From Promethearchaeota archaeon (GTDB lineage: Archaea > Asgardarchaeota > Lokiarchaeia > Sigyniarchaeales > SOKP01), in contig JAUVNS010000003.1 of NCBI GenBank assembly GCA_030599585.1, positions 32,001-96,000 of the forward strand: a stretch of DNA of 64,000 nt, read 5' to 3'. Position numbers and translations under genes: made by a program. The stretch's first letter is position 1. Every line of letters starts with the position of its first letter. Below are positions 1-10,590 of the stretch, one piece after another. The notes under the pieces were generated by a model. The model searched no databases, was not told where the DNA came from, and saw only the letters and a list, made by a program, of their open reading frames with translations.

Positions 1-1
1 T

Positions 2-643
2 TTAGATGAAGCAGATAATATGACAGCAGCTGCTCAACAAGCTTTAAGGAGAACAATGGAAAAATATACACGCAACTGTAGGATGATATTAATTTGTAAT
101 TATTCTAATAAAATTATTCCACCTATTCAATCTAGATGCGTGGTTTTCCGTTTTTCATCTTTGAATAACGTAGATATTAAAAATCGTGTCAAATTTGTTG
201 CAAACAAAGAGGATATAAACATTACTGCTGATGGTTTAAACGCTTTAGTTGACGTCTCAAAGGGAGATTGTCGCAGAGCTATCAATTACTTGCAATCATG
301 CGGAACAATCTCTAAAAATATTGATCAAGATGTAGTGTTTCGGGTTGCTGGAGAAGTCCCAACAGAACGGATCAGCGAAGTTCTTAAAACTGCTCTTAAG
401 GGTCAATTACAATTTTCACTAAAATTGTTAAATGATATAACGAGAGAATATGGATTGTCAGGTATAAATATCATAAAGAATTTACATCGAGAAATTTACG
501 ATTTGAATGTATCGGAAAATGTAAAAATAGAGCTAACAAAACTCCTAGCAGAGTTCGAGTACCGATTAAGTCAAGGAGGTACGGAAGAAATTCAGTTACA
601 AGCCCTTCTCGCTAATATTGTTACGCTGCATGAGACTAAATAA
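2..643 (+). CDS. rfcS: Replication factor C small subunit (5' truncated by the window edge)
   Basis: The frame is open from position 2 (LDEADNMT, Walker B). It contains AQQALRRTME, the SRC motif (PIQSRC), GDCRRAIN and the C-terminal E..EYRL..G..EEIQL typical of RFC-S. Confidence 0.95.
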   Translation, partial: LDEADNMTAAAQQALRRTMEKYTRNCRMILICNYSNKIIPPIQSRCVVFRFSSLNNVDIKNRVKFVANKEDINITADGLNALVDVSKGDCRRAINYLQSCGTISKNIDQDVVFRVAGEVPTERISEVLKTALKGQLQFSLKLLNDITREYGLSGINIIKNLHREIYDLNVSENVKIELTKLLAEFEYRLSQGGTEEIQLQALLANIVTLHETK

Positions 644-1453
644 TTTCTGCTTAGTTGAAAATTTTATTTCTTGTTGCAGGAAGAATTTATTCATTCTCTC
701 TTGTGATTTGGTATCAATTATGAATTGAATTTTTTCTCCGTAATTAATATCCCATAGTATTAATCCTAAGGGATTAGCGGGTTGATAGGAGTAGGTTTTG
801 GAGGGGTTAAATAAATCTAAAAACTCTTCAAAAGTTATTATTTCTAAACCAATTTCAAAGATCTTTGCAACCATTCTTCTAATTTGCTGTCTTAAAAAAG
901 CCCGACTCTTGAAATCGAAAATTAAGAAATCACCGTTTAATCTCAGGGATGCTAACATAATGTCTCTAATAGTTTTTTCATTGTCTTTCTCTTGTTTGGA
1001 AAAGTTACTAAAATCGTGTCTTCCTTCAAATTCTTTACATGCTTTAATCATTTCATTTAGATTATTTGAGGTCATCCCTCTACGAAAGATTTTTGAAGAG
1101 GGAATAATATACTTGTAATGTCTATACAGAGCATTGTATCTTGAAAAAAAATCATTTGGTACTTTGGAATATCCCCAGATTCCAATATTTTTTGGGAGAG
1201 CTGAATTGATCTCCATTAAAATTGGTTTTTTTTCAGATTCAAAAGAAAAACTAGATCCGCGGGCGGAAACGTACCTATCAGTCCTGCTTGCCACTTCGAA
1301 ACCCGATTTCTTATCATCTATTATATATTTTCTCTCCTTTAAGGCATTCAACAGACAATCTTCAATTGTTAGATAATCGGGTTGGCGCTGAGAACCATGA
1401 TATTTTTTTTTCCCAATGTAATAGAATTTAAAGATATACCTTGTTTTTTCCAT
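596..1453 (-). CDS. truA: tRNA pseudouridine(38-40) synthase TruA
   Basis: YHGSQRQP, catalytic SRTD, RHYKY, GRHDFSNF, FLRQQIRRMV and ANPLGLIL. Overlaps rfcS convergently by 48 nt. Confidence 0.92.
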   Translation of the reverse strand: MEKTRYIFKFYYIGKKKYHGSQRQPDYLTIEDCLLNALKERKYIIDDKKSGFEVASRTDRYVSARGSSFSFESEKKPILMEINSALPKNIGIWGYSKVPNDFFSRYNALYRHYKYIIPSSKIFRRGMTSNNLNEMIKACKEFEGRHDFSNFSKQEKDNEKTIRDIMLASLRLNGDFLIFDFKSRAFLRQQIRRMVAKIFEIGLEIITFEEFLDLFNPSKTYSYQPANPLGLILWDINYGEKIQFIIDTKSQERMNKFFLQQEIKFSTKQKLFSLMQRNNISEKGL

Positions 1454-1636
1454 CCTAATAATTACATACTTAAAATTTTAATAATTTAATGGATGAAGTA
1501 GGATTTTTATGATAAATGAATTTCGTGTTAGAATATCAAGACCAATTATTTTGCTAAAAAACAATCTTTTAATGTTTTAAAATCTTTTAAATTTCATAAC
1601 TATTATACCCTTCAACAATATTATAAAAGGAAAAAT

Positions 1637-4600
1637 ATGTCCTATATTTACTCATCTTTAAAAAATCTTAGAGATCGCGCAAGAGCAAGTATAACAATAA
1701 AAACATTTAACATCGTGTTTTTCTTTGCTCTCTTTTTAGTTGTAGTTTTAGCAATTTTCATTAGACTCTCACCGATTATTTCTGGTAATACCCTTATAAA
1801 AGCATTTGACCCCTGGATACAATATTACAACGCAGAATATTTATCAACGCATTCTGTATTTGAATATTTTAATTGGCACGACCTAAAAAGTTGGTTTCCT
1901 GAAGGATATAATCGAGGAAACCTTAGACCTGGTTTAACTTTTACTGTGGTAGCAATTTATCAAGTTATTAATTTTATAGGAATTCCAATTTCACTGTATG
2001 ATATTTGTTACTTTTTTCCAGCGATTATGGGAGGTTTGTCTGTTTTAGCTATCTATCTCGTAGGGAAAGAAACGCTCGATCGAAGATGTGGATTAATAGC
2101 AGCATTCTTCTTAGCTTTTAACCCTGGTTTCATGCAAAGAACAACGGCAGGATTTTTCGATAATGAAACTATCGGCGTTTTCGCTGCTTTAATGACTTTC
2201 TATTTCTTTATTAAAACAGTGAGAACAGGAAAATTCTATCATGCCGTTTTAGGTGGGCTCTTTTCTGGTTATTTAGCTTTAAGTTGGGGAGGATTTAATT
2301 TCGTTTTTTTAATTCTGCCAGTTGTGTGTGGTATTATGATTTTACTGAAAAAATACGATTCTAACCTCTTAATCGCTTACGCAGGAATCGAAGGAGTTGG
2401 ATTACTAGTGTATTCTTTAAGCATTAAATTCCCGTTTAATTCTTTCTTTAGTAGTATGGAGCTTGGTTTAATTTTTTATTTTACTCTTTTCCTAATTATA
2501 TTTCATATTTTATATACAAATAGAAACAACTATTCTCGTCTATACAATGGTCTAATAAACACCTTAAAGTGGGGGCTTATCCCCGTAATCGTCATTTTAG
2601 GCGTTATTATATGGGTTGCACCAAATTTAATTCCTTTTGGATTTGGTCAACGATTAGTAAGTGTTTTAAGTCCTTTAATTAGAAATACTTTAAATATTGT
2701 AGCTTCCGTAGCTGAACACATGCCAAGTTCATGGAGTGTATTTTACTATAATACTTTAATTCCTCTGACTCTTTTACCTCTTGGATTATTTTTCTTATTC
2801 AAAAGAGCTAATGTCGCTGATATTCTACTACTCGCTTTTTTAATTTTAATTTTTTATTTTACTGGTAGCATGATTCGAATAATATTACTATTTGCCCCCG
2901 CGGCATGTTTAGTGGGTGCGTATGGATTAGTTAGTGTTTTAAAAATATTTGGCAGTTTTTATGGAGAAAAAAGAATAGGTGTTAGTAGAAAACGAAAGCG
3001 CCAAGTCAAACGGATGGTTGGAAAATCCGAAATTGGAGCTGTTTATTTCATAGTTGGGATTATGTGTATCGCCCAAGTTATGCACGCTTCTAACATCGCT
3101 ATAACACAACTATCACAGAGTCAATTAGCACCAGGAGGGCAAATACACGATTGGGAAGAGTCATTAACTTGGATGAAAACAAATCTCCCTGGAACAAGTG
3201 TTGTTGTCTCGTGGTGGGATTACGGTTATTGGTTAACCCCGATAGGAAACATGACAACGGTTAACGATAACGGAACAATCAACGAAACTCGAATAGGTTT
3301 GACAGGAATGGCAATGATGCAAACAAACGAGATATATAGCGCTAAAGCGTTTAAAGCATTAAAAGCAGACTATGTATTAGTCTATTTTGGAATGCTGTAT
3401 CCTAATCTAGGAGGAGATGAAGGCAAATGGAATTGGATGGTAAGGATTTGTAACGATAACTACCAAAAATATAAGAATCTTGGAATGGAAGAAGACAATT
3501 GGGCTTCGAATTCCGTATTCGTAGAAAGCGAATATTTTAACACAACTACTGGAACCCCCACTCCAAAATGGTTCCAGAGCCAGTTAGTTAGATTAATGTT
3601 TTATGGAAACCCAACGGCTCCTCCATCAAATCCTAATAATATCCAAACATTTACTGAGTATTACCAAAACCAAATTCATACATTAAGAGAGGATCAAGGA
3701 GGCCTATATCTCGAACACATACCTGAAGATGGATTATATGATTTCAAGGTTTTTACGCCCGCTTATATCTCATCAAATGGAATGGTGAAATTGTTCAAAC
3801 TTGATTACACTGCTTTAGAATCTAGTTTTCTAATAGAAAATCCAGAAATATTAGATACGGGTTATGCAACTTTCAGGTTAAAGAATACGGGCTCAAAGGA
3901 TTTAACGATTAACGCCGTAAAAATAAACGGAGAGAGTTACAATTTTAAAATGGGCAAGGGGTTTGAAACTAATACTCTAATCGCAGATGAGGATGATTTA
4001 GTTTGGGTAGACATTCAATCTAGTGGAAAATCTTTTGAAACAAACGATGTAGTAAACATTGAAGTCGAGGTTCAATCAATCGCAGTTGATTCTTCACCTT
4101 TCACTTTCACAAATAGCACAAGCAATTTATTTGTAAAAGAAGCTAAGGAAGGAGATATTAGAATTAATAAAATCAACAGTAATATCGTTCAAGTTAATAA
4201 TTCGGCGAGTGAAATAAATCTAGAAATTGAAAACACAGGGCTAACTACAATAATATTGAAAGATTTCTACATTGATAATGAGGTAAATACACTCAATAAC
4301 ATAACTTATTCTTTAGGATCTCCAATTTTAGAACCGGGGCAAATAGCACATGTCAAAATTCCAAATACACTCTACCCCTTTTATCCATTAAGAACTGAAC
4401 ACTTGATAGGCGTAATTACTCCTAATAATATCAAAGATGAGTTATTATTCACCTCAAATTACGATGGTTTTAAAATTTCTATTCTTGAAGAAACCAGAAT
4501 AGCATCCCCAGAAGCTCTAATTACCACTCAATCTGATTTTCGAAAACACGTACCAATTAATCTCGAAAAAACATTTGCGTATACTTATGCTAATGGTACA

Positions 4601-5509
4601 ACTCAGGTAAATTTAATGGTTAAAAACACTGGAGATATCATACTAGGGCTAGACTCAATATATCTGTCTTCTTCTTCAAGTTGGACATCCATATTGAGTT
4701 TTGTGCCATTTAATTTAAATCCGGGGCAAGAGAGAAGTCTTACTATCACAGCCTCAGATTATTTAACAGGCATTGAAGTAAACGATGAGGTAGGAATTAT
4801 AGTTACCGCAAATTTCGATGGTACTACAAAAGCTTCTGATATTGGCTTCGTTCACACGATTGTAGACAAACCAGATATAGAAATCATTGATGATGTAGAA
4901 GGACATACTGCTTCTTATATAGCTGCTAACGAAACAGGCAAAATTTTAATCAAAAACACGGGAGATGAAGAGATTACATTAGATAAAATATACCTGAATA
5001 GTACTACGAGCTTATCCTTTACAAACGATGTAATTTTTGAATATGGAGATATCACCCTCGATATACAAGAGTGCGCTTTAGTTTCTTTCAATATAACTGG
5101 CTTAAAGTTAAATTCCACTAATATTGTAAACGTGAACATCACTACAAACACTTCTGCTCAATATAACATGGACTTTCCCGTTTTTCTAGATTCAACTTTA
5201 TTCGAAATAAATATCGACGATACTGGAACGTTTGCATCTAATACCGGTAACGTTGTAATCAAAATTGACAACATTGGAATTTATAATCTCACAGTAGATT
5301 CAGTTTATATAAATAACACATTAATTTCTTTGAGTAATTTTATTGAAAATATTTACGAAATTGAAGCAGGAAGCTCAATTCAATTTACAATCAGCATGGT
5401 AAATCTTGAAAGTATAATTGGATCTGTTGATATTGGCGAAAGTTTAAACATTTTAGTTCGAACCAAGGAAGGTGCAGAGGATATACACGAAGAAATCGTT
5501 GCCTCATAA
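1637..5509 (+). CDS. aglB: Oligosaccharyltransferase AglB/STT3 with a long C-terminal extension of Ig-like repeats
   Basis: Multi-TM N-terminal half with FDPW, FFDNE and SVAEH, followed by WWDYG, DNGTIN and a DK-type motif (GGDEGKWNWMVRI). Confidence 0.95.
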   Translation: MSYIYSSLKNLRDRARASITIKTFNIVFFFALFLVVVLAIFIRLSPIISGNTLIKAFDPWIQYYNAEYLSTHSVFEYFNWHDLKSWFPEGYNRGNLRPGLTFTVVAIYQVINFIGIPISLYDICYFFPAIMGGLSVLAIYLVGKETLDRRCGLIAAFFLAFNPGFMQRTTAGFFDNETIGVFAALMTFYFFIKTVRTGKFYHAVLGGLFSGYLALSWGGFNFVFLILPVVCGIMILLKKYDSNLLIAYAGIEGVGLLVYSLSIKFPFNSFFSSMELGLIFYFTLFLIIFHILYTNRNNYSRLYNGLINTLKWGLIPVIVILGVIIWVAPNLIPFGFGQRLVSVLSPLIRNTLNIVASVAEHMPSSWSVFYYNTLIPLTLLPLGLFFLFKRANVADILLLAFLILIFYFTGSMIRIILLFAPAACLVGAYGLVSVLKIFGSFYGEKRIGVSRKRKRQVKRMVGKSEIGAVYFIVGIMCIAQVMHASNIAITQLSQSQLAPGGQIHDWEESLTWMKTNLPGTSVVVSWWDYGYWLTPIGNMTTVNDNGTINETRIGLTGMAMMQTNEIYSAKAFKALKADYVLVYFGMLYPNLGGDEGKWNWMVRICNDNYQKYKNLGMEEDNWASNSVFVESEYFNTTTGTPTPKWFQSQLVRLMFYGNPTAPPSNPNNIQTFTEYYQNQIHTLREDQGGLYLEHIPEDGLYDFKVFTPAYISSNGMVKLFKLDYTALESSFLIENPEILDTGYATFRLKNTGSKDLTINAVKINGESYNFKMGKGFETNTLIADEDDLVWVDIQSSGKSFETNDVVNIEVEVQSIAVDSSPFTFTNSTSNLFVKEAKEGDIRINKINSNIVQVNNSASEINLEIENTGLTTIILKDFYIDNEVNTLNNITYSLGSPILEPGQIAHVKIPNTLYPFYPLRTEHLIGVITPNNIKDELLFTSNYDGFKISILEETRIASPEALITTQSDFRKHVPINLEKTFAYTYANGTTQVNLMVKNTGDIILGLDSIYLSSSSSWTSILSFVPFNLNPGQERSLTITASDYLTGIEVNDEVGIIVTANFDGTTKASDIGFVHTIVDKPDIEIIDDVEGHTASYIAANETGKILIKNTGDEEITLDKIYLNSTTSLSFTNDVIFEYGDITLDIQECALVSFNITGLKLNSTNIVNVNITTNTSAQYNMDFPVFLDSTLFEINIDDTGTFASNTGNVVIKIDNIGIYNLTVDSVYINNTLISLSNFIENIYEIEAGSSIQFTISMVNLESIIGSVDIGESLNILVRTKEGAEDIHEEIVAS

Positions 5510-5640
5510 ATCCCTACTTTTTATTTATAATAGTAATAAAAATAAACTATGTTAGATTAAAAAATCTATAGACCTATCGTCTATAAATTAAGTTTAACTT
5601 CATCTTTAATTAATCTTCAAATTTTGGTGTCTAAATTATA

Positions 5641-7644
5641 ATATCTAATTTCAAAATTGAATCTAGTTTCAAACCTAGCGGAGATCAACCAGAAGCAATC
5701 AAGAAACTCGCCGAAAACATAAAAAACGGAAAAGTCTTTCAAACTCTTTTAGGTGCGACAGGTACGGGTAAAACATTTTCTATAGCACAAGTCATACAAA
5801 GAATCCAAAAACCTACATTAGTAATGGCACCTAACAAAACATTAGCAGCACAATTATATAACGAACTTAAAGATTTATTTCCTAAGAATGCGGTTCATTA
5901 CTTTGTTAGCTACTACGATTATTATCAGCCTGAAAGCTATATGCCTGTGTCAGGTTTATATATTGAGAAAGATTTCAGTGTGAACGAGGAAATCGAGAGA
6001 TTAAGGCTAGCTGCTACTCATGCAATTAGAACGAGGAACGATGTTATCATTGTTGCAACTGTATCATGTATTTATGGTATTGGTGATCCAAAAATTTGGA
6101 CCGCAATTTCCCTAAATCTTGATGTTGGACAAACTATTCAAAGGAAGGAAATAATTAAAAGGTTAATACTGATGAACTATGAAAGAAAGGATATCGAGTT
6201 TAAACCAGGAATAGTTAGAGTTAAAGGAGATATCGTCGATATCTTTCCCGCGTATTTGAACAATGCAATTCGCGTTTCATTATTTGGAGATGTAATCGAG
6301 TCTATACAAGAAATACATTATGTTTCTAATAATGTTTTAAAAGATTTATCAAATTGTAGGATATTCCCAGCTACTCATTTTATAATACCAGAAGAAAATA
6401 AAGCTAAAGCATTAATTTCAATTGAAGAAGAGTTAGAACAACAAGTAGCCAAATTCATGAAAGAAAAGAAATATGCTGAGGCACAACGTATTGAAAAAAG
6501 ATCAAAATTTGATCTTGAAATGATGAGAGAAATGGGTTGGTGTAAGGGAGTGGAAAATTATTCTAGACACCTAGATGGCAGACCACCCGGTAGTCCACCG
6601 ATGTGTTTAATTGATTATTTTCCAAAAGATTTCTTGATAGTTGCTGACGAGAGTCATATAACGATACCTCAAATTCATGGAATGATTGGGGGGGATAGGT
6701 CAAGAAAAAGGAATCTCATTGAGTTTGGGTGGAGATTACCATCCGCATACGATAATAGGCCTTTGACTTTTGAAGAATGGGAAGCGAAAATAAATAACAT
6801 AATTTTTATGAGCGCTACTCCCGGAGCTTGGGAACTTAAAAAGAGCGGTGGAGTATCTGCTGAACAAATAATTAGACCGACTGGCTTGGTTGATCCCCAT
6901 GTGGAAATTCGTCCTGCTAAAAATCAAATTGATGACTTGTTAGATGAGATAAGGAAAGTCATAAGCAGTAAAGGAAGAGTTTTAGTCACCACTCTTACTA
7001 AAAGGATGTCGGAAGATATTGCTGAGTATTATTCTGAAATAGGTTTAAAGGTTGCTTACCTACATTCAGAAGTAGGAACCGTTGAACGATTTGAAATATT
7101 AAGACGTTTAAGAAATGGTACTCACGATGTATTAGTGGGAATTAATCTTCTTAGAGAGGGATTAGATCTACCCGAAGTTAAATTAGTAGCAATTTTAGAC
7201 GCAGATAAAATGGGTTTTTTACGCGACACGCGATCGCTTATACAAACCATTGGTAGGGCTTCTCGTAACTTAGAAGGTAGAGCGATATTATATGCCGATA
7301 AGACAACTCGAGCTATGAAAGAAGCAATTGAAGAAACAGATAGAAGAAGAAAAAAACAAATAGATTACAACGAGAAATTTAAAATTACACCTCAAACAAT
7401 TAAGAAAAATATCTTAAATTCGCTTTCTGAGGAACATGAGTTCAAAGAAAGAGAAACAAAGAAATTGAAAAGAAAAGTTAAAGATAAAATTAAAGATTTA
7501 GAAAAAGAGGTAGATAAAACTTTGGTAATTGAATACCTTGAAAATAAAATGTTTCTTGCAGCTAAAGAGCTACGGTTTGAGGATGCTGCCTATTTACGAG
7601 ATAAAATTAAGGAAATTAAGAAAGATTATAAAATAAAAGTGTGA
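5641..7644 (+). CDS. uvrB: Excinuclease ABC subunit B. The true start lies upstream of the ORF-track ATG at 5824, probably at ATA 5641.
   Basis: In-frame upstream translation gives ISNFKIESSFKPSGDQPEAI...LLGATGTGKTF (Walker A). Also YFVSYYDYYQPE, DESH, LLREGLDLPEV and a C-terminal UVR domain (FEDAAYLRD). Confidence 0.96.
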   Translation: MSNFKIESSFKPSGDQPEAIKKLAENIKNGKVFQTLLGATGTGKTFSIAQVIQRIQKPTLVMAPNKTLAAQLYNELKDLFPKNAVHYFVSYYDYYQPESYMPVSGLYIEKDFSVNEEIERLRLAATHAIRTRNDVIIVATVSCIYGIGDPKIWTAISLNLDVGQTIQRKEIIKRLILMNYERKDIEFKPGIVRVKGDIVDIFPAYLNNAIRVSLFGDVIESIQEIHYVSNNVLKDLSNCRIFPATHFIIPEENKAKALISIEEELEQQVAKFMKEKKYAEAQRIEKRSKFDLEMMREMGWCKGVENYSRHLDGRPPGSPPMCLIDYFPKDFLIVADESHITIPQIHGMIGGDRSRKRNLIEFGWRLPSAYDNRPLTFEEWEAKINNIIFMSATPGAWELKKSGGVSAEQIIRPTGLVDPHVEIRPAKNQIDDLLDEIRKVISSKGRVLVTTLTKRMSEDIAEYYSEIGLKVAYLHSEVGTVERFEILRRLRNGTHDVLVGINLLREGLDLPEVKLVAILDADKMGFLRDTRSLIQTIGRASRNLEGRAILYADKTTRAMKEAIEETDRRRKKQIDYNEKFKITPQTIKKNILNSLSEEHEFKERETKKLKRKVKDKIKDLEKEVDKTLVIEYLENKMFLAAKELRFEDAAYLRDKIKEIKKDYKIKV

Positions 7645-7686
7645 ATAATTTCATTACACATACATTGATTGTTAACAGGAGTCATT

Positions 7687-10572
7687 ATGAATCATAATTC
7701 TATTATTATTAAAGGAGCAAGACAAAATAATTTAAAAAATATTGATGTTACAATTCCAAGAAATAAATTAGTAGTGATTACAGGAATTAGTGGTAGCGGT
7801 AAATCTAGCTTAGCTATGGACACATTGTATGCTGAAGGTCAAAGACGGTTTCTTGAGTCATTATCAAGTTATGCCAGACAATTTCTTGGTGAAATGGATA
7901 AACCCGATGTAGACTCAATAGAAGGTCTATCTCCTGCCATAGCTATTGAGCAAAAACCGTTGTCAAAGAACCCGCGAAGTACTGTAGGAACTGTTACAGA
8001 AATATATGATTATTATAGACTATTATTTGCCAATATTGGGATTCCTCATTGTCCCAACTGTGGTAAAGAAATTACACCCCAAACACCTCAGCAAATAATT
8101 CAACAAATATTAGATTCTATAGAAGAGAATCAAAAATTTATGATTAAAGCACCCGTTATCCGAGATCGCAAAGGTGAATATAAAGACCTTCTTAAAGATC
8201 TCAAAAGACAAGGATATGTCCGGGTTGAGGTAGATGGGATTCAATATACTTTAGACGAAGAAATTCCTATGGACAAGAATATAAAACATAATATTAATGT
8301 AATTCTTGATAGATTAGTAATGAAAAAGGACATAAAAACCAGATTAGCAGATTCAATCGAAAGTGCTTTAAATCTAGCGGAAGGAATCGTTGTTGTAGAA
8401 GTTCTTGACAAGAAAGAGCAAACTTATTCTGAACATTTAGCGTGCATTGATTGTAGCATTTCTTTTCCACCTATTAATCATAAAATGTTCTCATTTAACA
8501 TACCACATGGTAGTTGCAAATATTGTAGTGGATTAGGAACTGTAATGGAATTCGATTACGAATTGGTATTAGGAAAAGATTCTGATATTCCACTTCAAGA
8601 AACTCCGATTAGAAAAATACCTGGGTTTGGTACTTTAACGGGATATTTTTGGCAATCCGTGAGACAAGTTGCTGAACATTACAAATTTGATACAGATAAA
8701 ACAAAGATAAAGAATATTGATCCAAAAAAGCTGCATAAGATTTTATTTGGAACGGATGATGAAGTAATAGAATTTCATTTCGAAAGCGAAAACAATGGTT
8801 TTGGAAATCAAAAAAATGAAATAAAATCATCGTATCATGTTGCTAGACCTTTCGAAGGGCTAATTCCTATGTTGCATAGAAGATATATGGAAACACGTTC
8901 AGAGTGGGCTCGCGATGTATACGAAAGTTTTATGAATCGAATTGATTGTCCACAGTGTAAAGGTCAAAGACTAAGACCAGAAAGTCTATCAATCATCATA
9001 AATAATCTTAATATTGCTGAATTATCCGATTTATCTGTCAAAGACTCATTGAATTATTTTAAAAAATTAAAGTTGAACGAGCGTCAAAAAAAGATCATCA
9101 AGGATGTATTAAAAGAAATTTTAGATAGGCTATCTTTCTTAGAAAATGTTGGATTGGATTACATAACTTTAAGCCGAAGATCACACACTCTCTCTGTAGG
9201 AGAAGCTGAAAGAATTAGGCTGGCAACTCAACTCGGTTCACGTCTAGTTGGTGTGCTGTATGTGTTAGATGAACCTTCTGTAGGTTTACACCAACGAGAT
9301 ATCTCCCAATTGATACAAATGTTAAAGAAATTAAGAGATTTAGGGAATACCGTAATCGTTGTAGAACATGACGATGAAATTATGCGTAATGCCGATCATA
9401 TTATAGATCTTGGACCTTTAGCAGGCGAGAACGGGGGAGAAATCGTTGCTGAAGGCCCTATTGAAGTTATTTTAGAATCAAAAACTTTAACTGGTAAATA
9501 TTTATCAGGGAAAAAAAAGATTGAAGTCCCTAAAAAAAGACGAACCACTAACGGCGAATTTATTGAAATTAAAGGTGCGCGAGAAAATAACCTAAAAAAT
9601 ATAAATATCAAGATCCCTTTGGGTATATTTACATGTATTACAGGTGTTTCTGGAGCGGGAAAAACAAGTTTGATAATAGATTGTTTATACAAGGGACTAC
9701 ATAATATTATAAATACTCGCAGTTCACGTTTAAGTACGGGCGATTTTGACGAATTGATAGGTCACGATAAGATTGATAAAATAATTAACATAGATCAATC
9801 TCCAATTGGAAGAACTCCTCGGTCGGTCCCAGCTACATATACTAAAGCATTAGATTATATAAGAGACATTTTCGCTAGACTTGAAGAATCAAGAGAGAGG
9901 GGTTATAAGAAAGGGAGATTCAGCTTCAATACTAAAGAAGGGCACTGTAAAAAATGTAAAGGAACAGGATACATCCTTAAAGAGATGTATTTTCTTCCGG
10001 ATGTTTACATTAGATGCGATTTGTGCAACGGAAAGAGATATAACGCTGAAACCTTAGAAATTAAATTTAAGGGAAAAACGATTTCAGAGGTGCTTAAAAT
10101 GACGTTTCATCAAGGGTTAGAATTTTTCGATAGCATTCCAAATTTAAAACGAACATTAAAAACTGTAGTGGATGTTGGATTAGGATATCTAGAGTTGGGT
10201 CAATCTTCAACTACCTTGAGCGGAGGTGAATCTCAACGTTTGAAAATAGCAAGGGAACTAAGGAAAACAAGCACAGGGAATACATTATATATACTTGATG
10301 AACCAACTACGGGATTGCATGCCTATGACATAAATTTTTTATTGAAAGTACTTCAAAAATTGGTTGATAAAGGTAATACTGTAATAGTAATAGAGCATAA
10401 TATGGATGTAATTAAATCTTCAGATTATATTATTGACCTTGGACCAGAAGGAGGAGAAGGTGGAGGGTCTATTGTCATTGAAGGCGTACCTGAATCGATT
10501 ATAGATTTTAAAGAATCATATACATCAACATATTTAGCGAAATATATAAATAATTCATCAAAATCGAAATAA
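7687..10572 (+). CDS. uvrA: Excinuclease ABC subunit A
   Basis: GARQNNLKN, two Walker A motifs (GISGSGKS, GVSGAGKT), Zn-binding CxxC pairs, LDEPS and LDEPT. The ATG at 7687 follows AGGAG. Confidence 0.97.
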   Translation: MNHNSIIIKGARQNNLKNIDVTIPRNKLVVITGISGSGKSSLAMDTLYAEGQRRFLESLSSYARQFLGEMDKPDVDSIEGLSPAIAIEQKPLSKNPRSTVGTVTEIYDYYRLLFANIGIPHCPNCGKEITPQTPQQIIQQILDSIEENQKFMIKAPVIRDRKGEYKDLLKDLKRQGYVRVEVDGIQYTLDEEIPMDKNIKHNINVILDRLVMKKDIKTRLADSIESALNLAEGIVVVEVLDKKEQTYSEHLACIDCSISFPPINHKMFSFNIPHGSCKYCSGLGTVMEFDYELVLGKDSDIPLQETPIRKIPGFGTLTGYFWQSVRQVAEHYKFDTDKTKIKNIDPKKLHKILFGTDDEVIEFHFESENNGFGNQKNEIKSSYHVARPFEGLIPMLHRRYMETRSEWARDVYESFMNRIDCPQCKGQRLRPESLSIIINNLNIAELSDLSVKDSLNYFKKLKLNERQKKIIKDVLKEILDRLSFLENVGLDYITLSRRSHTLSVGEAERIRLATQLGSRLVGVLYVLDEPSVGLHQRDISQLIQMLKKLRDLGNTVIVVEHDDEIMRNADHIIDLGPLAGENGGEIVAEGPIEVILESKTLTGKYLSGKKKIEVPKKRRTTNGEFIEIKGARENNLKNINIKIPLGIFTCITGVSGAGKTSLIIDCLYKGLHNIINTRSSRLSTGDFDELIGHDKIDKIINIDQSPIGRTPRSVPATYTKALDYIRDIFARLEESRERGYKKGRFSFNTKEGHCKKCKGTGYILKEMYFLPDVYIRCDLCNGKRYNAETLEIKFKGKTISEVLKMTFHQGLEFFDSIPNLKRTLKTVVDVGLGYLELGQSSTTLSGGESQRLKIARELRKTSTGNTLYILDEPTTGLHAYDINFLLKVLQKLVDKGNTVIVIEHNMDVIKSSDYIIDLGPEGGEGGGSIVIEGVPESIIDFKESYTSTYLAKYINNSSKSK

Positions 10573-10590
10573 GAGAGTTCTCACAAACTT

